Positions 27,100 through 36,831 of a DNA stretch of 64,000 nt are shown one piece after another. The notes beneath the pieces were generated by a model. That model saw nothing but the letters and a program-made list of their open reading frames with translations. It was not told the origin of the DNA and ran no database searches. The DNA is from a virus. Numbering within the stretch: position 1 is the first letter of the stretch; every line of letters begins with the position of its first letter. The DNA lies in IMG/VR virus record IMGVR_UViG_3300032315_000675, positions 1 through 64,000 of that record. One strand, given 5' to 3'. The translations under genes and the position numbers were made by a program.

Positions 27100-27438
27100 A
27101 TGCAAATCGCAATCGCAGACACTACCGGCAATGTTTCGCTTTGGTGCGAAGTCATCGGCATCAACAAAGATGGCTCCATCAATTTTAGTGTTATCAACGG
27201 TGCTTGGGATGGCAAGTATCACAATAATACAGTGTATGTAGAATATACTAAGGCAACCTATCCTGGCTTCCTTGTCTGGGTTGGTCAAGCTAAGTTCGGC
27301 GGTCAAGATTACAACGATGCTATTCCTTGGATTCAGGATCAGGTTGTTCATCCTGAATATGTGATGATCCAGCCTGATCAGTATGTTGGTCCTGTTAGAA
27401 AACCGCGGTGGGTAGACCAAGACGACATTCCTTTTTGA
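27100..27438 (+). CDS. Hypothetical protein with acidic DDIPF tail
   Basis: AGGAG RBS; C-terminus QDDIPF. Confidence 0.6.
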   Translation: MQIAIADTTGNVSLWCEVIGINKDGSINFSVINGAWDGKYHNNTVYVEYTKATYPGFLVWVGQAKFGGQDYNDAIPWIQDQVVHPEYVMIQPDQYVGPVRKPRWVDQDDIPF

Positions 27439-27457
27439 GCGATGTTGAAAGCATAAG

Positions 27458-27688
27458 ATGGCAAACCCTGTTCCCGAACACAAAGACAAGTTAGGTAGAC
27501 TGCTCTCAGTAGGGGAGTACGTTGCCTACTCTGATAGCAATCAACTCCGTCTTGGAACTATCATAAAATTAAATCCAAAGATGTTAAAGATTAAGCCTCT
27601 AGGTAGCGCATGGGATATTAATAAATATCCTGATGACACCCTTAAGGTTGAAGGTCCTGACCTTACTTGGTATCTGCTGAAAAAGTAA
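27458..27688 (+). CDS. Small hypothetical protein (possible SH3/KOW-like barrel)
   Basis: 'DKLGRLLSVGEYVAY...GTIIKLNPKMLKI'. Confidence 0.5.
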   Translation: MANPVPEHKDKLGRLLSVGEYVAYSDSNQLRLGTIIKLNPKMLKIKPLGSAWDINKYPDDTLKVEGPDLTWYLLKK

Positions 27689-27744
27689 GGCTTGACTTTT
27701 GTTTGTCTTCGCTGTATAGTCGCTATATAAACTAAAGGAAACAC

Positions 27745-29118
27745 ATGTCTGCATCTTGGATTCAAAAGCTGACTGAAAGCGATTCTCGCCTTCATAAAGA
27801 AGATGTCATTCTTCAAGCATTGACTGCCGCAAAGCTAGGCAATGACATCTCTTCGCGGTTTCTGCGAGGACTAAACGTATGCTATGATCCATACATCACG
27901 TTCGGTGTAAAGAAGATTCCCGACACAGTAGGTATCACTGGTGCAGAAAATCCAGTAGATGATTTCTACCAGCTTCTAGAAGACCTATTTGCTCGGCGCG
28001 TGACCGGGCATGATGCGCGTGATGCTATTCAGGGGCTTGCTGAACGGTTTGACAGTGATGAGTGGAATTACTTCTACGCTCCTATCCTTCGTCGGGATAT
28101 GCGTTGCGGCATCAGCGCGACCACAATCAACAAGATTGTTAAGAAAACGGTTTACGAAATTCCGATATTCAGTTGCCAGCTTGCTTCGAACAGCGAAGGC
28201 AGGCCTGAAATGCGCGGCACAAAGCGGCTTGAACCGAAACTAGACGGTGTGCGTGTTATTATGATTGTTCAGCCTAATTGGTCAATCGACGACCGTTCGA
28301 TCAGTTCGGTTATTTGCTACAGCCGTAACGGCAAGTTGTTTGACAACTTCTCGCACATTGAAGACCAAATCTGCAACAACGTTAAAGAGCTTATCGCTGC
28401 TGCTGATAAAGTGGATGACATGCAGAGCGGCATTCTTAAGCAAGGATTTGTCCTTGACGGCGAAGTCGTCGGCAACACTTTCCAAGAACTGATGCGTCAG
28501 GCTCGTCGTAAAGAAAATGTCGATGCTGCTGACAGCGTGTTCCACGTATTTGATGTTCTCCCGCTTGCTGACTTCCAACGCGGTCATTGGAATGCACCGT
28601 TGAGCAAGCGTATCGCTTTGCTTGAAGCTATGCAGCCTGCCTTTGATAAGATGCCCAACGCTGAACTTCTTCTTCATCTTCAAGTTGACCTTGATACAAA
28701 CGAAGGTAAGAACCAGACTGAACGTTACGCCAATGAAATGGTGAATGCAGGATTTGAAGGCATCATGATCAAGAATCTTGACGCACCTTATCTCTGTAAG
28801 CGTAGCACTGATTGGATGAAGTGGAAGCCTACTATCACAGTCGACCTTGAAGTGATCGGTCTTGAAGAAGGTACTGGTCGCAATAAGGGTCGGCTTGGCG
28901 CATTGGTCTGCAATGGTGTTGATGATGGTAAGGAGATCACTGTCAACGCTGGCAGTGGATTCAGTGACGCAGAGCGAGACAGTCTATGGGAAGATCGTAA
29001 TCTGATTGTTGGTCGCACTGTCGAGATTCTTGCTGATGCTGTTACGCAGAATCAAGATGGTACATATTCACTGCGCTTCCCGCGCTTTGTTCGATTCCGT
29101 GATGATAAAGGAGAATGA
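27745..29118 (+). CDS. lig: ATP-dependent DNA ligase
   Basis: 'EPKLDGVR', 'VLDGE', 'FDVL', 'EGIMIK', 'WMKWKP', 'GSGFSD', 'SLRFPRF'. Confidence 0.96.
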   Translation: MSASWIQKLTESDSRLHKEDVILQALTAAKLGNDISSRFLRGLNVCYDPYITFGVKKIPDTVGITGAENPVDDFYQLLEDLFARRVTGHDARDAIQGLAERFDSDEWNYFYAPILRRDMRCGISATTINKIVKKTVYEIPIFSCQLASNSEGRPEMRGTKRLEPKLDGVRVIMIVQPNWSIDDRSISSVICYSRNGKLFDNFSHIEDQICNNVKELIAAADKVDDMQSGILKQGFVLDGEVVGNTFQELMRQARRKENVDAADSVFHVFDVLPLADFQRGHWNAPLSKRIALLEAMQPAFDKMPNAELLLHLQVDLDTNEGKNQTERYANEMVNAGFEGIMIKNLDAPYLCKRSTDWMKWKPTITVDLEVIGLEEGTGRNKGRLGALVCNGVDDGKEITVNAGSGFSDAERDSLWEDRNLIVGRTVEILADAVTQNQDGTYSLRFPRFVRFRDDKGE

Positions 29119-29339
29119 TAATGAACATTAAAGAAAAATACAACACGTTGAGTGCCAAGACTAGAGCAGCTATCAAGACGGCTGCTATCATGACCTTTGC
29201 ATTTGTAGTGCCGACTGCATTTGTTGCTATCCCGCAGATTATGCTTCCTGTTGCTGCGTTTGCTCTACTTGCAGGAGCTACATGGGCTATATACAATCTC
29301 GTGTTAAGCGACATCAAATACAACGATCGGCATAAATGA
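29115..29339 (+). CDS. Small membrane protein
   Basis: Two hydrophobic segments. Confidence 0.55.
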   Translation: MIMNIKEKYNTLSAKTRAAIKTAAIMTFAFVVPTAFVAIPQIMLPVAAFALLAGATWAIYNLVLSDIKYNDRHK

Positions 29340-29340
29340 A

Positions 29341-29520
29341 ATGGGCAGGATTGTAGTTGTAGTTGAAGAGGAACCTCAACGGTGCGAATGCTGCGGTATT
29401 ATTGCCGAAACCCGCCCGTATGGGTTGAATCATGAAGAAATCTGCTTTGATTGTGCTATGAAGGACGAGTCGCTTACAGAAATCCGAGCTAAAGAGTTTT
29501 TATTCGGAGCGGAAGAATGA
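29341..29520 (+). CDS. Small Zn-ribbon protein (59 aa, not in the ORF track)
   Basis: MGRIVVVVEEEPQRCECCG...ETRPYG...ICFDCAM. Confidence 0.55.
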   Translation: MGRIVVVVEEEPQRCECCGIIAETRPYGLNHEEICFDCAMKDESLTEIRAKEFLFGAEE

Positions 29521-29735
29521 TATATTTAACCGTAGCTTTTAGTTTGTTGGTAGTATATGCATATTTTGCTACTTACATTGATAAACTTTTTGGGATTTAT
29601 GGTCTTGGTTGGACCTTCACTATGGGTATTGTTGCATGTTTGGTTTGGCCATTGTTTCTCGGACTTTCTATTCTCATTGTACCGTTGGTGCTAGTCATGC
29701 GTTTAGGCGCAAAGCATAGAGGAGATAAAATCTAA
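29517..29735 (+). CDS. Small membrane protein
   Basis: Hydrophobic; ATGA-coupled. Confidence 0.55.
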   Translation: MIYLTVAFSLLVVYAYFATYIDKLFGIYGLGWTFTMGIVACLVWPLFLGLSILIVPLVLVMRLGAKHRGDKI

Positions 29736-29980
29736 TGATAGAAGACGATGAGGATATGGAGAAGGTAACAGCCGAATGGTCTGCGAAGCTATTAGGGCTT
29801 CACCATACGTTTGAAGATGGTGATAGTATTGAAGTCACTCAAGTAAGACGTAGAGATACTGGTCCTTGGGTCACCTTTAATGTCAGGCAAGGTCCGGGTA
29901 TCCCGAGAAAGTTGCTTATGGGTATAGACGAGTTTCTCGGGACATATGGCCACTTGTTCATCAAAGAAGAAAATAGTTAA
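29735..29980 (+). CDS. Hypothetical protein
   Basis: AGGAG RBS; TAATG overlap. Confidence 0.55.
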   Translation: MIEDDEDMEKVTAEWSAKLLGLHHTFEDGDSIEVTQVRRRDTGPWVTFNVRQGPGIPRKLLMGIDEFLGTYGHLFIKEENS

Positions 29981-30014
29981 CTTTATCCTCAGGGGATAGT
30001 AGTATAAATAAAGC

Positions 30015-31421
30015 ATGACTTTAAATAAAAAAATATTCAGTTTTGCAACTATCACCTTACTAGTTGCTCTTTCATTGAGTGCCGTTGCGGCTTGGTACTC
30101 TATTCAGGGATTGATGGCTATCTTCGCTGCTGCGCTCATCCCTATCATGATCATGGGAGGCTCCCTAGAACTAGCTAAGATAGTCACAACTGTTTGGTTA
30201 CATAGATATTGGGATAGGTGCGGTTGGGTGATGAAGCTCTACCTTATTCCTGCAGTCGTCGCTCTTGCATTGTTGACTAGCATGGGTATCTTTGGCTTCT
30301 TGTCAAAAGCACACAGTGACCAGAACTTAATAAGCGGAGATGCAGCAGCTAGGGTTGAACTGGTTGATGAAAGGATTCGGATTTCTCAGGAAAACATTGC
30401 CATGAACCAAAGGGCGATTGAGCAAATGAACAGCCAGGTTGACCAGTTACTAGGTAGAACAGATGACGACAGAGGGGCTAATCGTGCAATTCAGGTCCGC
30501 AGGCAACAAGCAACAGAGCGCAATCGACTACTCCAAGAGATAGCAGCCGAACAAGCCGAAATCGCACAGCTTAACGAAGAGGTTGCACCTATTCGTGCAG
30601 AGATACGCAAGATTGAAGCAGAAGTAGGTCCTATCAAATATATTGCTGCAATGATCTACGGGGATAACCCCGATACAAACCTGTTAGAACGTGCAGTACG
30701 ATGGATGATCGTTCTCATCGTTCTTGTCTTTGATCCTCTAGCTCTTATGCTCATGATAGCTGCACAGGGTAGTTACAAGTGGGATGAAGAGGACGCAAAG
30801 AAAGAAAAAAACAAGACTGACAGTAAGGATGAACCCGATGTTAAGCCAGCTAGTGTTGAGGAAATTAAAGATTATGTCTCAGATACAAGAGTATTACAAG
30901 ACGATGTTGCTCAAGTCGATGACACGGTGGGAGAACCACTACCTGAAGAACCTATTCCCGATGCCGATGAGTCGGAACCGAGTGGGGCAGAGCCTGCAGA
31001 AAGAGTAGAAATCCAAACTGAGGGCGTAACGCTTCATGAAATACAGGAAGGCTATTACGACGTTGAGGGGAAATCTATGAGTAAGGCTGCGCTATTAGGA
31101 ATGCGCCCTGAATTGTTTTCTGCTAAACCTGATACTGAGCCAAGTAACACTAACTTTGGAACCGAGTTTCCTAAATTTGCGAAGAAGTCTGACATATTTG
31201 TTCGCGTGGATGTTCTTCCTAATAAAGTTTTTAAATTTGACGGTCACAAGTGGATTGAAATCAGTAAAGAAAATAGTGATTCGTACTTGTATGACGAAGC
31301 ATATGTTCGCCACCTCATAAGCAAGGTTGGGTCCGGTGAGTATGATGTTGACTTGCTTTCAGAAAACGAGAAGGCACAGATTGAAGAATATCTTCAACGA
31401 AATCAGTCCCAAGATAAGTAA
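30015..31421 (+). CDS. Membrane-anchored coiled-coil protein
   Basis: N-terminal TM segments, long coiled coil, further TM 'LVFDPLA', acidic tail; TATAAATA 4 nt before the ATG. Confidence 0.7.
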   Translation: MTLNKKIFSFATITLLVALSLSAVAAWYSIQGLMAIFAAALIPIMIMGGSLELAKIVTTVWLHRYWDRCGWVMKLYLIPAVVALALLTSMGIFGFLSKAHSDQNLISGDAAARVELVDERIRISQENIAMNQRAIEQMNSQVDQLLGRTDDDRGANRAIQVRRQQATERNRLLQEIAAEQAEIAQLNEEVAPIRAEIRKIEAEVGPIKYIAAMIYGDNPDTNLLERAVRWMIVLIVLVFDPLALMLMIAAQGSYKWDEEDAKKEKNKTDSKDEPDVKPASVEEIKDYVSDTRVLQDDVAQVDDTVGEPLPEEPIPDADESEPSGAEPAERVEIQTEGVTLHEIQEGYYDVEGKSMSKAALLGMRPELFSAKPDTEPSNTNFGTEFPKFAKKSDIFVRVDVLPNKVFKFDGHKWIEISKENSDSYLYDEAYVRHLISKVGSGEYDVDLLSENEKAQIEEYLQRNQSQDK

Positions 31422-31426
31422 GACAC

Positions 31427-32620
31427 ATGACTGATAAGATACAAAACTGTTCTTTCTGCGGAAACCACAAAGACCAAGTAAAAAAATTAATAGTAAGTGA
31501 AGACGTTTCGATTTGCAGCAGTTGTATTTCGTTATGCACCCAGCTACTGGAAGAAGAGAACAGTGAGGGGAAAAAGGAAATAGAATCTAAAAACTTCGAC
31601 GCATATAGCATTAAAAAACATTTGGATCAGTTGGTCATTGGACAAAATGACGCCAAAGAGGTGTTAGCAGTTGCGATATCTAATCACTACAAGCGAATCA
31701 ATCACCCGCCCAAAAACCTTGAGATTCAGAAGGGTAACGTTTTATTGATTGGTCCAACTGGATCAGGAAAGACTTTACTCGCTAGGGCAGTTGCAAAGTA
31801 TCTTAATGTGCCGTTTGTGGTTGCAGATGCAACTAGCCTTACTGAAGCAGGTTATGTAGGCGAAGATGTAGAGAGTATGATTTCGATGCTGCTTGCTTTG
31901 GCAGACAATGATGTTAGCAAAGCAGAGCGCGGAATCGTGTTTATCGATGAAATTGATAAGATTGCCCGCAAGAGCGAAAGCACTAGCATTACTCGTGATG
32001 TGAGCGGCGAAGGTGTGCAGCAAGCACTTCTAAAGTTAGTAGAAGGTACCAAGTGCAGAGTGAGTGCTGCGGGAAAGCGTAAGCATCCGCAGGGAGAATC
32101 AATCGAAGTTGATACTAAGAACATTCTATTCATTGCAGGCGGAGCATTCGTTGGACTTGAGAATGTTATTAAGTCTAGGACTCAAGGAACCTCTATCGGC
32201 TTCGGAGCTGACGTAAAGTCCAAAAACGAAAAGCCTAACATCAATCAAGTCACCCCCGATGATCTAACTCGTTTCGGAATGATTCCAGAATTCATCGGTA
32301 GGTTCACCACTACAATCACGCTACAAGAATTGACCCTACCACAACTGATAGAAGTCTTAACTGATATCAAGAACAGCTTTATTAAGCAGTATGCCTATCT
32401 GTTTTCGATTGATGATATCAATCTCTCGTTCACCGATCAGGCTATCGAAAAAATTGCACAGAACTGCATAGATTTAAAGACAGGTGCCCGCGGACTTCAT
32501 ACTGAGATTGAGCGTGTACTGATGCCGCACCTCTTCCACATCAATAAGTATAAAGAGAATAATCTAACTGATTTGATCATTGACGTAGAACATATCAATG
32601 AGCCTAAATCTATCTTTTAG
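31427..32620 (+). CDS. clpX: ATP-dependent Clp protease ATPase subunit ClpX
   Basis: Zn finger CSFC...CSSC, Walker A GPTGSGKT, 'IDEIDK', '[14 protein letters not shown]', IGF loop, 'TGARGL'. Confidence 0.96.
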   Translation: MTDKIQNCSFCGNHKDQVKKLIVSEDVSICSSCISLCTQLLEEENSEGKKEIESKNFDAYSIKKHLDQLVIGQNDAKEVLAVAISNHYKRINHPPKNLEIQKGNVLLIGPTGSGKTLLARAVAKYLNVPFVVADATSLTEAGYVGEDVESMISMLLALADNDVSKAERGIVFIDEIDKIARKSESTSITRDVSGEGVQQALLKLVEGTKCRVSAAGKRKHPQGESIEVDTKNILFIAGGAFVGLENVIKSRTQGTSIGFGADVKSKNEKPNINQVTPDDLTRFGMIPEFIGRFTTTITLQELTLPQLIEVLTDIKNSFIKQYAYLFSIDDINLSFTDQAIEKIAQNCIDLKTGARGLHTEIERVLMPHLFHINKYKENNLTDLIIDVEHINEPKSIF

Positions 32621-32665
32621 TCCCGAAATACTATATTTTTTTACGTAATAGTATACACTAAATAA

Positions 32666-32728
32666 TATCGTAGATGCTTTAATAGGTCTACGATAATAGT
32701 CTTGCTAACACATAGGAGATAAAACATG
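32666..32728 (+). promoter_or_regulatory. ROSE-like RNA thermometer upstream of hsp20
   Basis: Hairpin TATCGTAGA/TCTACGATA, then TCTTGCT able to pair with the SD AGGAGA (UYGCU signature). Confidence 0.65.
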
Positions 32729-33187
32729 ACTAATGCACATCTAAGCCTTCGTTCCCTCGACATTCCGTCGATTCATAAATTTGCTGTAGGATTCGACAAC
32801 GTCTTTGACGAACTTCTACGAATCAATGCACAGCAAGCAAACGGATCAAATTATCCCCCATACAACGTAGTAAAGCATGATGACGATCATTTCGCCATTG
32901 AACTTGCTGTGGCTGGGTTTAACATCGGGGACATCTCTATCACAGTAGAGAAGAATCTTCTAACCATCAAGGGTGAGCAAACACAAAGTCTTGATGAACT
33001 AGAGAAGGAAGTCGAATACCTGCATCGCGGTATTTCAGCCCGTAGCTTCTCTCGCACATTCACTTTGGCGGAGCATGTCGAAGTGACAGGGGCAACATCA
33101 GAGAACGGTATTCTCAATATTGAACTTGAGCGTAGGGTTCCTGACGAACAAAAGCCCAAAACAATTGCTATTTCGTACAATAAATAA
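32726..33187 (+). CDS. Small heat-shock protein (Hsp20/IbpA-like)
   Basis: 'NYPPYNV', 'IELAVAGF', 'YLHRGIS.RSF.RTF.LA', 'NGIL.I.L'. Confidence 0.95.
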   Translation: MTNAHLSLRSLDIPSIHKFAVGFDNVFDELLRINAQQANGSNYPPYNVVKHDDDHFAIELAVAGFNIGDISITVEKNLLTIKGEQTQSLDELEKEVEYLHRGISARSFSRTFTLAEHVEVTGATSENGILNIELERRVPDEQKPKTIAISYNK

Positions 33188-33200
33188 TAGAAGTAACATA

Positions 33201-33229
33201 GTGCTTGCAGTCATTGTGGCTGCAAGCAC
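33201..33229 (+). promoter_or_regulatory. Hairpin between hsp20 and clpS (terminator or leader)
   Basis: GTGCTTGCAG...CTGCAAGCAC 10-bp inverted repeat after TAAATA. Confidence 0.55.
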
Positions 33230-33249
33230 TTCTTAAAGGAATCATATTA

Positions 33250-33558
33250 ATGGCAAATGCAGAACCAAAAGCTAAGATTAGACCCAACGTTGCTCTCAAG
33301 GAGCCGCCCCTATACAAGGTCATCTACATGAATGATGAACACACATCGATGGAATTTGTGATTGAAAGTCTATGTGAATATTTCAACTACAATCCGGACA
33401 CTGCTACGCAGATTACAGTAGATGTTCACGAAAAGGGTAGTGCAGTTGTTGCAGTTTTGCCTTATGAAATTGCAGAACAAAAGGGTATCGAAGTGACACT
33501 TGATGCACGTGCCCAAGGATTTCCGCTTCAGGTCAAAGTCGAAGCAGAATCAGACTGA
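33250..33558 (+). CDS. clpS: ClpS N-degron adaptor
   Basis: 'PPLYKVIYMNDEHTSMEFV', 'VHEKGSAVV', 'EIAEQK', 'FPLQ'. Confidence 0.92.
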   Translation: MANAEPKAKIRPNVALKEPPLYKVIYMNDEHTSMEFVIESLCEYFNYNPDTATQITVDVHEKGSAVVAVLPYEIAEQKGIEVTLDARAQGFPLQVKVEAESD

Positions 33559-34251
33559 CAATGTTATTCTCTTGGCCCAATAAGGTTGCTTATAGGGGCG
33601 AGGGTTATTGACATAATTTACGTTACCTAAACAAGTGTCAACCATCTTATCATAGGTTCCAAATACCCAATGCGTTACTTTGCGTTCAGTATCAATTTTT
33701 AAAGCAACGTGCAAGGGTATTTGGGCCGCTGTTACTTCAGGAGTTTCTTTGAAATACAAGTCTGGGTGAGGTACTGCATTAGTTACAACAATGACTTTCG
33801 TGATATCCAAATGTCTTTGAAGTTTTTCAATAGATTTATATAGATATGTTGTATCTTCTTCTCTCGACGCTGCTTCCATTAAGTTTTCTAATGTTAGGTT
33901 GTCGGTATCAACGTTAGACCATCCGTTAGCACCAATGATGGCAATTCCGTCAATCATCACTACATGGTGATGTAGTATGCAAACATTAGGAATAGGAAGA
34001 GTTAAATTCATCAACTCTTCTGTCCTAGACTGAATGTCAGTGGCAGTCTCATACTCTAATGTACCCGGAACGAAAAACACACCCTGATAACAAGTACCAA
34101 GATGTGCTAACGTTTGAAGTATAGTTCGCAAGTCAGAACTAATGTTGCCCGACACAATACAGTACAAACTAGACGCCTTGTTTTCCCAATTGAAGCTGTC
34201 TTCGGGTGATAAGTTTAGATCACCGAGGACATCAAAGCCGATATCTTGCAT
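33550..34251 (-). CDS. Degenerate calcineurin-like metallophosphoesterase
   Basis: Same motif order as 43941-44780 but ligands changed (GDLNL, GNIS, PGTLEY, VTNAVP, WVFGTY, NNPR). Confidence 0.65.
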   Translation of the reverse strand: MQDIGFDVLGDLNLSPEDSFNWENKASSLYCIVSGNISSDLRTILQTLAHLGTCYQGVFFVPGTLEYETATDIQSRTEELMNLTLPIPNVCILHHHVVMIDGIAIIGANGWSNVDTDNLTLENLMEAASREEDTTYLYKSIEKLQRHLDITKVIVVTNAVPHPDLYFKETPEVTAAQIPLHVALKIDTERKVTHWVFGTYDKMVDTCLGNVNYVNNPRPYKQPYWAKRITLSV

Positions 34252-34262
34252 CTTTAGTTAGA

Positions 34263-34529
34263 TTACTTTGCAATCTTAATCTTAGGCTTCTTGATCGGTT
34301 TTTTAACAGCTTCTTCCGCTTCATGAATTTCCTCTGACGGAGAATCCATCTGAGGAACGTCCGTGATCTCAACTTCCTCGATCTCAGGCTCCGGTGGCCA
34401 GACTTCTGGTAAAACTTCTTTATCGATGACGGGTTCTGATTCTTCATTGCGTCTGTCAGTATACTTCTTATATGCGTGATAACCGACAAAAAGTGCTAAT
34501 GCGGCTAAGAGAGCTAGTGCGATTTCCAT
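34263..34529 (-). CDS. Small single-TM protein
   Basis: N-terminal hydrophobic helix and acidic tail; AGGAG RBS and TATAAATA on the minus strand. Confidence 0.6.
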   Translation of the reverse strand: MEIALALLAALALFVGYHAYKKYTDRRNEESEPVIDKEVLPEVWPPEPEIEEVEITDVPQMDSPSEEIHEAEEAVKKPIKKPKIKIAK

Positions 34530-34641
34530 ATGATTCTCCTATTAAGTATGGTATCCATACTGTATTTATATACGACTACATAACCCGAAAGAATAAATAA
34601 TTAATGCATGACCTTGTAGACAGATTGGAACTTATCAACGA

Positions 34642-35970
34642 ATGAGTACAGGACTGGCTGGCAGAGGAACGGGTGACGTTTTTCGCAATAGCGACGGTGA
34701 CGAGATCACTTTCGACAACATCATTTTTGTCCCCGGACAGGGAGGAAAATTAGAGTATAAGGAGCTAAACGACGCTCTAATTTCCGTTGACAGTGCCGTG
34801 CAATGGTTGAACACCCGCACCGGTCGTACGGGAGGGTATGCTATTGCTACCTTTAATGGTCCTGCTGGTCCTTTATATTTTGGTAGATATTTAGAAAATG
34901 TCAAGGCTAACTTCGTATCTAACTTTGTTCCTAATCATGTAGCAGGGTATAAACTTGCAACTAAGACGGCACTGAAAGCCCAAGCCGGGCTGACCCCTCA
35001 GGAACTTCTGACAGAAAAGACAGACCTAACGGTAAATAATATTGTTACTCAGCTTTCAATAAGCTTAGGTACCGACAGCCCGCTGTATGCAGTTGCACAT
35101 AGGCTGGCTGAAGGTGATCCGCTACCAATGACCTTTTCGGCTCCTGCCGGGACTAGCTTCTCTGCATTTAGAGATTACTTTTGTGAAATCTTGCAACCTA
35201 TCGCCCTCCAAAGAGGTCAATGTACAGGTAATGCAGATGAAGCTGCTAAAATCTTTTTGGGCGGTAGCTTTGACGATACTCTAATCTCATTTGATTTCAG
35301 CAAGACTGCTGGATTGAGTGATAGTACGATGTCTAAAGAAGACGGCAAATATATAAAGGTTAGTAGCAAAGGCGGCACCGGTGCAACTGCTAGTACAAAG
35401 AATCTCATCACTAGCCTTGATGAACTAGCTCACACTCCTGACGGTAAAAAGTTGTTAGCTGAACATTCCGAAGTTGTAGAAATGTTGCGTGAGATAGCTG
35501 CATCAGGACAAGTAGGTGCTCCTCTTGGTTTAGGAGTTAAGTTTGGTATCATCGATGAAGAAGATGCTGTACAGATTCGTGACTTAAAGGACATCCCGCC
35601 GACCAAAGAAGATAAGATCGATGATCTTGGGTTAAGCGATAATCTTATAAGGTTAGCTAAATCTAGAAAGCCGGATAACCCAGAAAGAATCAGTTTATAC
35701 TTCCATCTAATCGCTGCAATAGCACACAAAGTTGCAAAGGAAGTAAACGAGACTACTGGATTCAGCAAGGCAGCCGCAGACATCCTAAACAACGGTGCGT
35801 TGATACAGGTTTATACTGAGGCCAAGGAAGACAAGGAAAATTGGATACTAGATAAGTTCAACGCAGTTTATCCCGGCAATAGCATCAAGGGTGTCTATCT
35901 ATCGGCTTCTAAGACGTACTACAGCACCGGCATCAAGGGTAACTTCACGTTCAAGATTGATCGAGGTTAG
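34642..35970 (+). CDS. Late hypothetical protein, possible PD-(D/E)xK-like fold; N-terminal leader split off (see findings)
   Basis: 'GLSDSTM...YIKVSSKGG'; preceded by a 13-codon ORF at 34604-34645. Confidence 0.6.
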   Translation: MSTGLAGRGTGDVFRNSDGDEITFDNIIFVPGQGGKLEYKELNDALISVDSAVQWLNTRTGRTGGYAIATFNGPAGPLYFGRYLENVKANFVSNFVPNHVAGYKLATKTALKAQAGLTPQELLTEKTDLTVNNIVTQLSISLGTDSPLYAVAHRLAEGDPLPMTFSAPAGTSFSAFRDYFCEILQPIALQRGQCTGNADEAAKIFLGGSFDDTLISFDFSKTAGLSDSTMSKEDGKYIKVSSKGGTGATASTKNLITSLDELAHTPDGKKLLAEHSEVVEMLREIAASGQVGAPLGLGVKFGIIDEEDAVQIRDLKDIPPTKEDKIDDLGLSDNLIRLAKSRKPDNPERISLYFHLIAAIAHKVAKEVNETTGFSKAAADILNNGALIQVYTEAKEDKENWILDKFNAVYPGNSIKGVYLSASKTYYSTGIKGNFTFKIDRG

Positions 35971-36077
35971 GGGTACTCAATGATAAGGCGTTCATTGCGA
36001 AAGTAATAGGTATCCAAACTCTTTGCTTTTAGCACCAAAGTAGTCTATCATTATTAAATCATTAAGAAGGATATTAC

Positions 36078-36671
36078 ATGAGCCTAGTCCCAATCGTACT
36101 CGAACAAACCAGCCGCGGCGAACGCAGCTACGACATTTATTCACGTTTGCTCAGGGAGCGTGTCATTTTGCTTGAGGGCGAAGTGCATGATCAGATGGCT
36201 AACTTGATTGTTGCACAGCTTCTTTATCTTGAATCAGAAGATTCAGATAAGGATATTTCTCTCTACATCAATAGCCCTGGCGGTAGCGTCACTGCTGGTA
36301 TGGCGATCTATGACACCATGATGTTTATCAAGCCGGAAATCACTACGATTGTGATGGGGCAGGCTTGTTCGATGGGTTCGCTTCTTGCACAAGCAGGTGC
36401 GCCCGGTAAGCGAATGATGCTTCCACACGCTCGACATATGATTCACCAGCCCTCGGGAGGCGCACGTGGTCAGGCTACTGATATGGAAATTCAAGTTCGT
36501 GAAATTCTTGCTGCGAAGAAGTCGTTGACCGAAATCTATGTCAAGCACAATAGCGGTGGTAAGACGTATGAGCAACTCGCCGCTGATATGGAACGAGACT
36601 ATTTTATGAGTGCAGAAGAAGCACGAATCTATGGTCTGATTGACAAGGTCGTAACCAGCAGGAATCCATGA
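36078..36671 (+). CDS. clpP: ClpP protease subunit
   Basis: '[11 protein letters not shown]', 'YINSPGG', catalytic 'ACSMG', 'MIHQP', 'ERDYFM'. Confidence 0.97.
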   Translation: MSLVPIVLEQTSRGERSYDIYSRLLRERVILLEGEVHDQMANLIVAQLLYLESEDSDKDISLYINSPGGSVTAGMAIYDTMMFIKPEITTIVMGQACSMGSLLAQAGAPGKRMMLPHARHMIHQPSGGARGQATDMEIQVREILAAKKSLTEIYVKHNSGGKTYEQLAADMERDYFMSAEEARIYGLIDKVVTSRNP

Positions 36672-36756
36672 TCAGGGCCCGAGAGCTACATCTCACCGTT
36701 TTGTGCGTTAGCGTATAAATAAGAGTGAGCGCAATTCACATTTCGGTGAAAAAAGG

Positions 36757-36785
36757 TTGACTTCGGGTACGCTCTTTGTTAGAGT
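36757..36785 (+). repeat. Partial stem-loop/early-promoter cassette (3' arm only)
   Basis: TTGACTTCGGGTAC...TAGAGT with a 17-nt spacer, followed by the ATAAGCTGAGAAAC leader. Confidence 0.7.
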
Positions 36786-36831
36786 GCATCATAAGCTGAG
36801 AAACACAAAATTCAAGGACATCAGATTTAAA

